Assembly (NCBI GenBank): GCA_965219095.1 | Contig: OZ244719.1 | Coordinates: 546,142 to 610,141, forward strand | From: Bdellovibrionales bacterium | Lineage (GTDB): Bacteria > Bdellovibrionota > Bdellovibrionia > Bdellovibrionales > UBA1609 | Direction of reading: 5' to 3' | Length of the DNA stretch: 64,000 bases | In this document: positions 9,896 to 20,699 of the stretch, in pieces | Numbering within the stretch: position 1 is the stretch's first letter | How the letters are laid out: each line of letters opens with the position of its first letter | Position numbers and translations under genes: made by a program | Notes under the pieces: generated by a model | The model's input: only the letters and a program-made list of their open reading frames with translations | Databases searched by the model: none | Told to the model about the DNA's origin: nothing

Positions 9896-10498
9896 TTATC
9901 TTTTCCCAGCCTCGGCTTGTATTTTAATCACTCTATATTTCGAAAAAGAATATTTTATATTTATATTGTAAGAACGATCACCACTAGATGTGACAGATAA
10001 ATCATTTATTTTTATAACATATTCAATGTCTTTACCTATAACGCTAATATTGCTTCCAAAACTAACCTGTTCTGATACAGAGGGCATGTCTGCTTCCAAC
10101 TTTTCTAATGAGTAGGGGAAAATTGTAAAACTCTTTCTATAAACTAACTTTCTTCTCTCGTCAGAAGATGAAAGTTCTTCAGGAGATTCTTCAGATTCAG
10201 GAGATTCTCCAATAGAGAAGAAAGCCTCCTTTTCTTCTGAAGAAAAAACCAAGCCCACAAGCTCTCCTTTTTCGCAATCAAATTTATAACCAAACTCCGA
10301 AATGTTCATTTTTGTTAAAGACACAGTTCCTACTTTTTCCTTTTCGCCTTCCTTGCAGTTCAAAGACACCGTATGTACGTTTTCTTCTCCAAGCTTAGGA
10401 AGCTCAGGAGGTCTAGAACAGTTCACTAAGGCTAAACTGAAAAGAACCGCTATCATTAAACTTATTTTGCAAATACTTGCTTTACTCCTTTTTTTCAT
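9896..10498 (-). CDS. Hypothetical lipoprotein
   Basis: Lipobox LVNC, AAGGAG RBS. Confidence 0.75.
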   Translation of the reverse strand: MKKRSKASICKISLMIAVLFSLALVNCSRPPELPKLGEENVHTVSLNCKEGEKEKVGTVSLTKMNISEFGYKFDCEKGELVGLVFSSEEKEAFFSIGESPESEESPEELSSSDERRKLVYRKSFTIFPYSLEKLEADMPSVSEQVSFGSNISVIGKDIEYVIKINDLSVTSSGDRSYNINIKYSFSKYRVIKIQAEAGKR

Positions 10499-10564
10499 AT
10501 TTACTCCTTTCCTTTTTATAATATTGTTAAATATGTTATTTTATTTTCTCATATCAACTTAAGT

Positions 10565-10581
10565 AGCAAGTCCTATGCCAA
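10565..10581 (-). promoter_or_regulatory. Sigma54 (-24/-12) promoter for the lipoprotein pair
   Basis: Minus strand TTGGCATAGGACTTGCT, i.e. GG-N10-GC, about 65 bp upstream of the ATG at 10498. Confidence 0.7.
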
Positions 10582-10787
10582 GATGAAAGGAGGATAAAAG
10601 TTATAAGATCTGTAATTTTTTTAATGAATGACAAAAAACGTCACTTTAGAGTGTCTTTTTTTGTCTCTAACTCAAGAAATCTGGAAAAAGAGCCTAAGAA
10701 CAAAATGAGTTAAAGCCCAAGTCATAAGCTTCTTTTCTTATAGAAAGTAAACTCTTTCTCACAAAAAAAATCACTTCTAAGAACCTA

Positions 10788-11495
10788 GGGCGTGTCCTCA
10801 TTTTCCTAGACCTTTTTCAAGCCCTTAGGCGTGTTGAATATCTATGAAGATTGTAAAAGCTCATAACAAAGGGAGGTGTTATGTTAAGAAAAGTTTTAAC
10901 AGATTCTATGTGGAAGGATCTGGAAGCTATTATAAGAGAGAAAGGCTGTTATCATTCAGCAAACAATAGAAATGTTATGGAAGCAATTTTATGGAAATTA
11001 CGTACAGGCAGTCCGTGGCGTAATATTCCTGAACAGTTCTGTCCTTGGAAGAGAGCATATAATCGCTTTAATAGGTGGGCACAAAAAGGGTTATGGTCCG
11101 ATGTGCATGGAAATCCATTCTGTTTTAAAATCACTGGGGGTGAAGTACACGACAGTCAAGTTGCAGGTGATTTAATGATGAGTTTCATAGTGAGTATTTG
11201 ATTGCTGACAAGGCCTATGACTCGGATGAGATACGAGATAAGGCTCGTAGTAAGAAGGTAAAGCCTGTGATACTGAGACGAAAAAATAGCAAAAAGAAAA
11301 ATAAAGATTTTGATCGTCATATCTATAAATCTCGACATCAGATAGAAAACCTTTTTGCTCGTCTTAAGCATTTTAGAGGTATTGCTACTCGATTTGAAAA
11401 GCTTGCTAGAAATTTCAAAGCTATGCTATCTATAGCATGTATGTTTATTTGGCTTAAACTTCAAAGTAAAGGTCCAGTCAAATGAGGACACGCCC
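10788..11495 (+). mobile_element. IS5-family (IS427 group) element, internally deleted and frameshifted
   Basis: Perfect IRs GGGCGTGTCCTCATTT / AAATGAGGACACGCCC in a CTAG context. ORFs 10881-11201 (LRTGSPWRNIP) and 11198-11485 (ADKAYDSD, IENLFARLK..RGIATRFEK). Confidence 0.9.
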
Positions 11496-11750
11496 TAGCC
11501 TAAAACCCTAAATAAAGGCACAAAGAAATCTACGACAACTTATTAATTTTATAGAAGTTTTCCCTCAAAAAGATACGCTTGGGGTTTTATGCCCTAAAAC
11601 AAGTCTCAATAAAATCGTATGGGTTCGAATAGCTTGACTCCTGGAGCAGAGGATCTTGAAGGTAAGCAAATCAGATTTCTCTATGAGATCGCCTTTCATA
11701 ACGCTTGTTATTGAGTTTGAAATATGGCTTGAGCCTAAGACTTCTTTCTA

Positions 11751-11870
11751 GGGCGTGTCGTCAATTAATCTAACAAAACCATAGAGGAAGCTACATCACT
11801 TAGGCTAAGAAGTTTTTTGCCTTTTTTTCATATCTTGTTGCGACTCCTCTCAAAGTTCTTTAACCTACTA
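11751..11870 (+). mobile_element. End fragment of a second IS427-group IS5
   Basis: CTA-GGGCGTGTCGTCAATT resembles the IR at 10788; cut by the IS982 end. Confidence 0.55.
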
Positions 11871-14296
11871 ACCCGAGTTTCGACTTTTATATATTGTTCA
11901 GAAGCTCCTGTTTTGAGTTTTAAGTTGAATGGAGGGTTTTTTAGGTTTTAAACAATAGGAGATGAGAGTACCTAAAAGATTGATGACAAAGTTTTGTGGG
12001 CTACGATGGCGAGAATGCTCAAGATGAAACTCTCCTTTTAACACTCCAATCACTGACCTCCACAACAGAACGTTTTTTCAACATCAACTTGTCAAATAAG
12101 GGAATCAATTTGTTCTCCATATTTAATTTGATGTTTGTAATAAGCTTAACTCCCTTCTTTAAAAGTTTTTTGAAAAGGTCTGATGAAATATAACCTTTGT
12201 CCCCAAAGAGTTTTCCCATCAGCCCTTTACTATAAAACCATAACTTAGCTTTCGATCATCTACATTTCCCGGAGTTAAGGTAAAACTTAAAAGTTCTCCT
12301 AGGTGATTGATAACAATATGGAGTTTAAATCCAAAGAACCAGCCCATACTATTTTTGCCTCTTTTTAGCTAACTTTTAGAACACCTTATTTCGTCCTATT
12401 CTTTTATTTTTGAAAAAAAATCGATGTGGAATCAATAAATGATATGCCGGTGGTTTTACTCATAAGGCTTGTCGAGAAAAGAAACATCAAAAAAGCCATG
12501 TCTTTTTTGATGTTCACAAATCGGGAGTAAGACAACATTTTAGGAAAATAAGATTTAAGATAGACTTTTGCAAACTGGTAAAAGGCTTTAAAATTCCTAA
12601 AGCCAGAACTTTGGAAAAGTAGGCAAAGAGTGACAATTTCGCTGGGAGACATAGCACAAGAAAAACCTCCTTTATTTTTGGGAACCAGTTCTGGATGCTG
12701 CTGTATGAGAGGGGTTAAAAAATCATCGACAAGAACATAAATTGATATGATATAATTAGAATTAGACGAGGATGTCCCATTTCTCGGTGGAATTAGTTAG
12801 AGGGCGATTTCATGTTTAAGCGACCTTTCTTTGTTTTGCAACCATTTTTTCTAAGTTTTCTTTAAAGTTTTTTAAATACATAAAGCCTCTGATTCGTTTA
12901 AATCTTTTCTCAGCATCAAAGAGAGTAACAGCAGCCCAACGACTCACTTGGTCTGCTCCTCTTTTCCAGTTCTTAACTCTCCCTGTTCTATACCTTGTGT
13001 AGGAAAACATGGACTCTATAGGATTTGTAGACAGTAAAGTCTTTTTTAAGGAGGGGGTAGCTTTAAGACGAATCACAGTCAAAGTCTCCTTACAAGCTTC
13101 TTCAAGAGATTCTAAAGCTGAATGGTTGATCTGTTTCAACCAACAAACTAACTCCTCATGCTCTTTCAAAGCCGATTCATAATCTACTGAACCATGAAGT
13201 CTTTTCCAACGAATGCGAAACTCTTGATGTCTTTCTTTTGGCAAATAATTGAGGATATTTCTTTCTTTGTGACGAATGCAACGTTGAACAACAGACTTTT
13301 TTCCCCAAACTGCCTTGATAGCCTTCCTTAGAGCTTTAGAACCATCAATAATAAAAAGATAGCCCTTATCTGAACCTCTAGAAACAAGGTTCTCTAAAAG
13401 ATCTTTTGTCAGCTCGCAATTTTCTGTAGTTCCTTCTCGTAACCCTATAATGTGCTTTTTGCCCGTCACGTCGATACCTAAAGCAAGCACCACTGTACGA
13501 TCTCCAAAGCCTACCCATCTATCATGACTGAAACAAACTCATGCTTAGACAAGTCCTTAGAGCTTATCTCATCTAAAGCCTTCTTAGAGGAATTTACAAA
13601 AGCTCTAGAAACAGAACTCTTCTTAACTCCTGTGCCACCAGAAATCTCCTCTAAAAGAGGATCGTAGTCCCTTGTTGAAACTCCATGGAAAAGGTGGTTT
13701 TGAATCTTTTCAGTGAAAACATCGTAATTTCTCAAGGCAGAGTATGTTTGTAGTTTGATATCTTTTCCGTCTTTTTTAACTCTGGGCTTTCGAATTGAAA
13801 CTCTTTGTCCTTGAGCATAAACAGACCCAGGATCGCTTCCACTTCGCATGCATTCTTTCTCTCGATTGTATAGTGGACCACACAGCTTAGTGACTTCGTC
13901 ATTAAACATCCGGTAGATTACGTCAAGAATTCTATGCTTCATATAGTTATGAACAGCATCTTGAATCTCCTTGTGATCCGATAGTTCTTGAATTGATATT
14001 TTTTCTTTTGTATTCTTCATTTGGGGCTCCTTTCGTTTAGTTTTTAATTCATTCTAATATTTATTAAACCCTAGGTGGACTTAAAAATCCACCAGGGAGC
14101 CCTCTTACTCTGCTCCATTTTTGAGCAGAATTCCACCGAGAAATGGGACATCCTCCTTAGACCTCCTTGTATGTTTTTTTATAACTCTCAAGGTGTTTTT
14201 TCCTTGTAAGTTGCTTCTTCAAGACATCTTACAAAGAACTGAGATGTTTGTTTATATCAGCTAGCCTTTAGACCTGAAAAAAGTCGAAACTCGGGT
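11871..14296 (-). mobile_element. IS982-family element, degraded and interrupted by IS256
   Basis: IRs ACCCGAGTTTCGACTTTT at both ends. Fragments SEIVTL..F, FIDSTS, GKLFGDKGYIS. Confidence 0.85.
12768..14155 (-). mobile_element. IS256-family element, transposase frameshifted (13511-14020 plus 12816-13493)
   Basis: 27-bp perfect IR GAGGATGTCCCATTTCTCGGTGGAATT. Motifs GVSTRD, IIDGSKAL, QRCIRHK, STNPIES. One G missing at the DGV codons near 13515. Confidence 0.9.
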
Positions 14297-15011
14297 TACT
14301 AATAACAGAGCTGAAAGAGATCTAAGAATGACTAAGGTGAAAAAGAAAGTGTCAGGGTGTTTCAGGACAGAAGAAATGGCGAAATATTTTTGTCGTATTA
14401 CCAGCTATGTTAAAACAATGAGAAATAGAGGATATTCTTCTTTATACCAATTACAGAAATTAATTCGACATTTTTATGTTCAAATTTAAAATTTTAAAAT
14501 TGACTTAAGGAAAAGCTTCAGTTAGGAGATTTTAAAAAAACTTCTTTTAAGGTGAGTTTAAGTTTTCATAAGATATGTTTATTTCATGGTAACTGCTCAC
14601 CCCTTTAAGTTTTTATTTAAAGCCATAGAGATGGCTTCTAATACCATTTCCAAAAATTAATTCGACATTCTTTTAACGTATTGCGTCCTGGCTTTTTGAT
14701 AAAACTCTGTTAAATTTTTAGAGTCATGTCGAAAAAAGATTTAGTTACACAGATTCAAGGGTATAATTTTCTAGCTACTTACAAAGTAGAAAGAAGTGCC
14801 AACATCAAGACAAAATTATTGGCTTTGCAGCATATGCAAGAAGGAAAATCGATTCAAGAAACAGCAGGTATGGTTTTGTATCACCGTCACAGTATCAAAT
14901 CTTGGTTACAGTATTTTGTAGACTTTGATTACGAGGGATTGATAGATCGAGAAGGCAGAGGACGCAAGCCTCGTTTGCCAGTGACAGAAGAAGAGAACTT
15001 CAAAATCAAGT
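14297..15011. mobile_element. Rearranged IS66/IS630 debris: IS66 3' piece, IS630-A right end, inverted IS66 right end, IS630-A left end and HTH
   Basis: Each piece matches other copies in the window (16348-16545, 23088-23230, 1596-2093). Confidence 0.8.
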
Positions 15012-16545
15012 GTAACTGCTCACCTACATTGTTCAGTTATCCCTAACTTTAGACCTGTTTTAAGATAAAAGTCTTGCTCATATAGATTTTCTTTTAAATA
15101 CTTTTTTCAAATGACAATAAATAAGACCTCCATCAGAAATGAGATTGAAAATATAAGAAGTGACTTTGATAAGTTTGCAAAGAAAGGTTCTATGCCTACT
15201 GAGATTTCTGTGATTGTTGAATCTCTCTTTAAGGTTGTGAACATTCTGATTGTTGTGCTTTTAGAAAAACAGGTTCGAAAAAATTCCAGCAACAGCGGTC
15301 TTCCTCCTTCGCAAGATTTTAGTCGTCAAGGGAATCGTAATAAGAAAGCTAGTGGGAGTCAGAAAAAGGGTTCTAGACTTGATAACAGTAAAGATACAAA
15401 ACAGCGAGGAGACTGTCTTTCCCTCAGAGTGTTCTCAGTGTGGGATGTTTTTAAAGACAGCAGAGGTAAAAAGCCTTGAGAAGCGTAAAAAGATTGATAT
15501 TTTTTATGAAATTCAGACCCATACTGTAACTTCTGAAGTTAAGGATTGTCCCTCATGTGGAGCTAGAAATAAAGGTCAATTCCCTAAAGGTATGAGTGGT
15601 CCTCTTCAGTATGGTATAGGCATTAGAGCTTCCATCATCAATTTCATTATAGTTCAGATGCTGTCTTTTAGAGCGTGTTGGGGAACATTACATGGGGCTT
15701 ATAGGTCGAATGATTTCTCCTGCAGTTATGTTGAGATACATTGCTGAATTAGGAGAGTTTCTTAAAAGTTGGGAAGAGCAGATGAAAGAAAAGATACTTG
15801 AATCAGAGGTCATTCATGTTGATGAGACCTCTATGAGGGTTAAGGGTAAAAACTACTGGATTCATACTTATAGTTCAGGAGAATTAGTCTTGCAGTTTCT
15901 CCACCTTTCAGGTGGAAGGGAAGCCATAAAAGATATTGGTCTCTTGGATAGATATGCAGGAGTGCTTGTGCATGATTGTTGGAGTCCTTACTTTTGTTAT
16001 GATAAGATAACTCATGCTTTGTGTGTGGCTCACCTTTTGAGAGAGCTTAAATTTATAGAAGAAAGCAATGGATTCAAATGGGCTACAAATCTCAAAAAAC
16101 TTCTTAAAGAGACTGTGGAGTTAGTTCATAAAAAAGAGTCAAGAGTTCTGACTCAAAAAGAGTACGAAACTCTTCAGAGAAGGTATAGGAGTATTCTTAC
16201 AAAAGGCTTAAAAGAGCTTCCAGAATTTCCTAAGAAAAATGGCAAGAAAGGACGAATAAAGCATACACAAGCTCAAAACCTTTGGCTGCGATTTAAAAAG
16301 TATGAAGCAGAAATACTGTGCTTTGCTAAAAGAAAGAACGTAGATCCTACTAATAACAGAGCTGAAAGAGATCTAAGAATGACTAAAGTGAAAAAGAAAG
16401 TGTCAGGGTGTTTCAGAACAGAAGAAATGGCGAAATATTTTTGTCGTATTACCAGCTATGTTAAAACAATGAGAAATAGAGGGTATTCTTCTTTAGAAGC
16501 CATCTCTATGGCTTTAAATAAAAACTTACGAGAGTGAGCAGTTAC
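15012..16545 (+). mobile_element. Single-gene IS66 (ISBst12-group-like), full length, two frameshifts
   Basis: IR GTAACTGCTCAC at both ends. ORF pieces 15111-15479, 15352-15747 and 15692-16537 (HVDETS, HDCW, PTNNRAERDLR). Confidence 0.92.
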
Positions 16546-16786
16546 GATATATTATAATATAAATATATCTTTATTTTTATAATATCTATTAGATAAACTT
16601 ATTAAATTAAAGATCTTCTCAAATTTAAGGCAGAAAAAATAAAAACCGTAAGTAAAAGCCTTAAAACATTTTCATCAACCCCATGGCATAGATAAATATG
16701 CAAACGTGCATTTGCCTTTTTTGTATTTTTATAATACTAATTGCATCATATAATTTTTACTATAAATAAAGAAAGGAAGAGGTAGA

Positions 16787-17812
16787 ATGAATTTTTTGAA
16801 GTTTGATCGGCTTACTTTTATAGACCAATTTGTTGTAGGCTTTTTAGTTCTTTTAAACTGTTTTTTCTTTGATAAACAGAATACTAAGGCTATAGCAAGA
16901 ATTTTAAGAAATGATATGATTCAAGTCCCTTATAATGAAGCACTTACTCTTATACCCTTTTCTTCCTACTCTTTAGATATTTCTGAGGATCAAACAAAGG
17001 CTTTTTATCAAGGAGAAATTGGTGATGATTTTGGAAGTCTTATGAAAGGCTTGCCAGAAACCATTGAAGTGCTTCGTATAGAGTCCAAAGGAGGTTCTCT
17101 CGCAGGAAGCCTCATAGGAGCTAAAGAAATAAAACAGCGATCTGAGAAAAGAAAAGAGAAAAATCTATCACCTTTTCGTACTGTAAGTATACATTATTGC
17201 TACAGTGCCTGCACTTTGGTTTTTCAGGCAGGGGATCAAAGGGAGGCTTCATCTGAAGCAGTTTTTATATATCATAGACCTTTTGTCATCTCCAAATCTG
17301 TCAACAAATCTTTACCTGAAAAAGAAAGAGAAAAAATAAAAAAACAAATACAAAATTTTATAAATATGTATAGAGAGTATGGTTTAAGTAAGGAATTTGT
17401 AAAAAAAGTTACTGGGGCTAGGGCTTGCGAAACTATGGAAATGAGTGAAAAAAATGAAACTCACTGCTCTAAGGATCACTACTTTCGTGCTCAAGATTTA
17501 AAAAAGAAAAATGTAAATGTTGTCACAAAACAGCATGGCTCTTATCTTGAGATTTACAATTATGAACAAAGTTTAGCAGAAATAAAAAAAATTTGTTCTG
17601 TAGATAATACAGCTAAAAAGACAGAAGAAATTTGTGAAAATTATAAAGATTATATGGAGTATTTAAACATTATTTTAAAATTTGAAATGGAGTGGACATG
17701 CTCCCAAAAAGAATACAAAAGAAAAGAAAATTGTGAAAACTATAAGATTTATATAGATCAAATGTGCTCTCAAAAAGAATATGAAAACACTTACGATTGT
17801 CATTCAATGTAA
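16787..17812 (+). CDS. Exported ClpP/crotonase-fold protein with C-terminal Cys repeats
   Basis: IESKGGSL, CYSACTLVFQAGDQR and FIYHRP resemble Clp-protease-like periplasmic proteins. Hydrophobic N-terminus. Confidence 0.65.
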   Translation: MNFLKFDRLTFIDQFVVGFLVLLNCFFFDKQNTKAIARILRNDMIQVPYNEALTLIPFSSYSLDISEDQTKAFYQGEIGDDFGSLMKGLPETIEVLRIESKGGSLAGSLIGAKEIKQRSEKRKEKNLSPFRTVSIHYCYSACTLVFQAGDQREASSEAVFIYHRPFVISKSVNKSLPEKEREKIKKQIQNFINMYREYGLSKEFVKKVTGARACETMEMSEKNETHCSKDHYFRAQDLKKKNVNVVTKQHGSYLEIYNYEQSLAEIKKICSVDNTAKKTEEICENYKDYMEYLNIILKFEMEWTCSQKEYKRKENCENYKIYIDQMCSQKEYENTYDCHSM

Positions 17813-18200
17813 TCTTATTTATTGGCTCACAGAAGATAAACCTCTTTAGAGAGCTAAAAATAATCCTATCCTAAAACTCAAAACAATTATTACTTAAACA
17901 AATAAAAAAAGAAAAGAAGAAGAACTTTTAAAGAGAAGAGTTCCTACCTGTCTTAACCTACAAAATCTTTTACCTCAATTTAATGCAATGCATTGTATGA
18001 AGAATTAAAATAAATCAAAGATTTTCTCTCTAATCTCTCTATCAAATAAAATAAGGTTAAATTCCCTTCTCATATGCTTTACACCTATCTCTCTCTAAAG
18101 AACCCTAATATGAAAATATTACAATAGATAATTTATAGATTGACCTTTTTTTCTTTTTATTTTTTAAAGGGACTGCAGAGGATAAACTATTAGAAAAAAA

Positions 18201-18236
18201 GCCTTCTCGAAAGAATCTGTGGGTTCCCAGAGGTTC
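18201..18236 (-). mobile_element. Isolated ISL3 right-end remnant
   Basis: Reverse complement GAACCTCTGGGAACCCACAGATTCTTTCGAGAAGGC closely matches 33986-34021. Confidence 0.65.
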
Positions 18237-18310
18237 TTTTGAAAAGCCGAAAAAAAGAGTTAAAAAAAAGGCCTCAAGTAAAAGTAAATAAAAAAGAATT
18301 GAGAGGGATC

Positions 18311-19354
18311 ATGAAAGAAAATTTAAAGCATATTAACCTAACCCAAATAAAAAACAACATACTTTCCTTTTTATTAATTTTCTGTTTGTTTCCACAATCT
18401 AGTTTTGCTGTTGTGGATGTGGACTACAATAAAGAAGAAGCTTTTACGATTTTGGAAAGAACAGGAGATGCTTGCGTAGCTGAGTATGCAAAAAAAGCTC
18501 TAGGTCCTCTAAGAAATGAATTTATTAGAGATGTCACTAAAAAAACTGTTCTTAGTACTATACGAGGAAATGAGTTCGATGAAGCTGTTTATAAATCTCT
18601 TAAAAGAAAGATTGAAAATGAAACTTTAGATTATGTTGTCAAAAATACTTATTTGAAAGACATAAAAAATGAGTTTTATATTCTGTACTACCTTTGGTAT
18701 GTATCAAAGAGGCCTTATATTTTTGCAAAGGATTTTCTTGAAAAAGCTTTCGGAAAAAAAAGTTCTATAGTAAATTTTCTCTATAGTCCGCAAATGTCAA
18801 TAGTCTTTCAAACTACTTTAGCATCAGTAAATTTTCCTCTTATAGTTGCAGGAAAATTTGCTAGAATGAGTTTTAAAAATTATGAAAACACTATCCTTAA
18901 AAGCTACGAAGTTTTATTATCTCATGATTATTATAAAATGTTCAACGAACATAATGAGGCCATTCAAAAACTTCTTTCTTCTTTAAAAAAGACCTATAGA
19001 AAAAATAAGAATATAGATATAGAGAAACTTTCCATCCAAACTTTATATGAAATTATAGAGAAGATGAAAGAAAAAGGTGTCTTCTGCTCTGGGAGAAGCG
19101 TGTACCATCTTAAGATAAACCCTTACACAGGACATGAGTTTTATAAACTTTTCAAATCAGAAGGTGTGTATCTAAGTTTTACATCTGATGTATGGAAATT
19201 CTCACAATATGATAGAAAAGCTTTCCCTCCTAGCAAAGAATTAAAAAGAAAAGGAGTTCACAAGGTTCTTAAAACAAAGCATCTTTACAACTATGATCAA
19301 ATTTTAGAGGAGATTGGCTCTTATTTACTTGAAAATCCTCATATAATTGATTGA
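18311..19354 (+). CDS. Hypothetical secreted protein
   Basis: ATG after GAGAGGG; signal-peptide-like ILSFLLIFCLFPQSSFA. Confidence 0.65.
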   Translation: MKENLKHINLTQIKNNILSFLLIFCLFPQSSFAVVDVDYNKEEAFTILERTGDACVAEYAKKALGPLRNEFIRDVTKKTVLSTIRGNEFDEAVYKSLKRKIENETLDYVVKNTYLKDIKNEFYILYYLWYVSKRPYIFAKDFLEKAFGKKSSIVNFLYSPQMSIVFQTTLASVNFPLIVAGKFARMSFKNYENTILKSYEVLLSHDYYKMFNEHNEAIQKLLSSLKKTYRKNKNIDIEKLSIQTLYEIIEKMKEKGVFCSGRSVYHLKINPYTGHEFYKLFKSEGVYLSFTSDVWKFSQYDRKAFPPSKELKRKGVHKVLKTKHLYNYDQILEEIGSYLLENPHIID

Positions 19355-19466
19355 AGGTTGTCGAGCTTTTAAGCTGTTGGTTAGCACTTTAACGACTTTT
19401 TCGGTAAGTCGGTTTCTTATGTTATGCTGTTGGTTATTTTAAAAAAATCTTTTTTCTCTTAAAGAT

Positions 19467-20618
19467 TTATCTGTTCAATTCCATCTTAGCAATAGTTTGA
19501 AGTTGCATGTTAGTTGTGCCTTCGTAAATTTGTCCTATTTTTGCATCTCTAAAGAACTTTTCTACAGGATACTCTTTGCTAAATCCATTGCCACCAAAAA
19601 GCTCTACGGCTAGAGAGCTAACTTTTTCAGCACAGCGGGAGGAAAACAGTTTTGCCATAGCCGCTTCTTGAATAAAATTTTTGTTGTTATCTTTGAGGCG
19701 AGCAGCATTGTAAACCATAAGATGAGTGGCTTCTAAAAGAGTTCTCATTTCAGCTAGCTGAAACTGAACTCCTTGGTTAGAGGCAATACTTCTTCCGAAT
19801 TGCTCTCTTGTCTGAGTGTATTCCAAAGTGGCTTTATAAGCTCCTTTGGCAATCCCTAACATTTGAGCTCCAATGCCAATACGACCTTCATTTAAAGTTT
19901 CAATAGCAATTTTATAGCCCTTTCCTATTTCTCCTAACACATTCTCTTTAGGAACAACACAGTGATCAAAAATCAATTCACAAGTAGAACTAGCACGTAT
20001 ACCTAATTTATCTTCTTTTTTCCCCACACTAAAGCCTTCAAAATCTTTTTCCACAATAAATGCTGTAATGCCTTTGTAACCTAACTTGTGATCAACGTTA
20101 GCAAAAACTAAAAACAAAGAGGCCTCTTTTGCATTAGTGATCCAAAGTTTATGTCCATTTAAAATAAAGTGATCACCTTTATCTTCAGCTTTTAACTGAA
20201 GAGCAAAAGCATCAGATCCGCTTGAACTCTCACTAAGTGCGTAAGCTCCTACCCACTTTTCAGCTAATTTTGGCAAATACTTTTTCTTTTGTTCTAGATG
20301 AGCGTGTTTTAAGAGAGCATTTGTGACTAATGTGTTTTGCACATCCACTAACACACTCACAGAGCCATCAACTTTTGCTAAACATTCCACAGCAAGACAA
20401 GCCATAACAAAAGAACCAGATACACCACTAAATTCCTCAGGAGTTTCCACACCCATTAAACCCATTTCAAAAAGTTTTTTTATAAGCTCTGAATCCATCT
20501 GGGAGTTTTCATCCATAGAAGCCACAAAAGGTTTAATTTCTGAAAGGGCAAATTCGTTGACAGCCTCTTGAAAAGAACGTTCCTCTTCGGTCCATTGCGT
20601 GAGGGCTGATTGGCTCAT
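19467..20618 (-). CDS. Acyl-CoA dehydrogenase (short/branched chain)
   Basis: YALSESSSGSDA, KLWITNA, KLGIRASST, REQFG, IYEGTTNMQ. Confidence 0.95.
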   Translation of the reverse strand: MSQSALTQWTEEERSFQEAVNEFALSEIKPFVASMDENSQMDSELIKKLFEMGLMGVETPEEFSGVSGSFVMACLAVECLAKVDGSVSVLVDVQNTLVTNALLKHAHLEQKKKYLPKLAEKWVGAYALSESSSGSDAFALQLKAEDKGDHFILNGHKLWITNAKEASLFLVFANVDHKLGYKGITAFIVEKDFEGFSVGKKEDKLGIRASSTCELIFDHCVVPKENVLGEIGKGYKIAIETLNEGRIGIGAQMLGIAKGAYKATLEYTQTREQFGRSIASNQGVQFQLAEMRTLLEATHLMVYNAARLKDNNKNFIQEAAMAKLFSSRCAEKVSSLAVELFGGNGFSKEYPVEKFFRDAKIGQIYEGTTNMQLQTIAKMELNR

Positions 20619-20699
20619 AAGACTACTTATAAGAGTGTTTTATAGAGCATTCAAGAGAAGGTTGCTTTGTGTCAAGATTTTTGTTATAAAGTACAAGAC

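Noticed and set aside
11618-11640. GGGTTCGAAT resembling a tRNA T-loop
   Set aside because: No complementary T-stem, acceptor stem or CCA around it.
16683-16702. TGGCA...TGC as a sigma54 promoter
   Set aside because: GG-to-GC spacing is not 10 bp.
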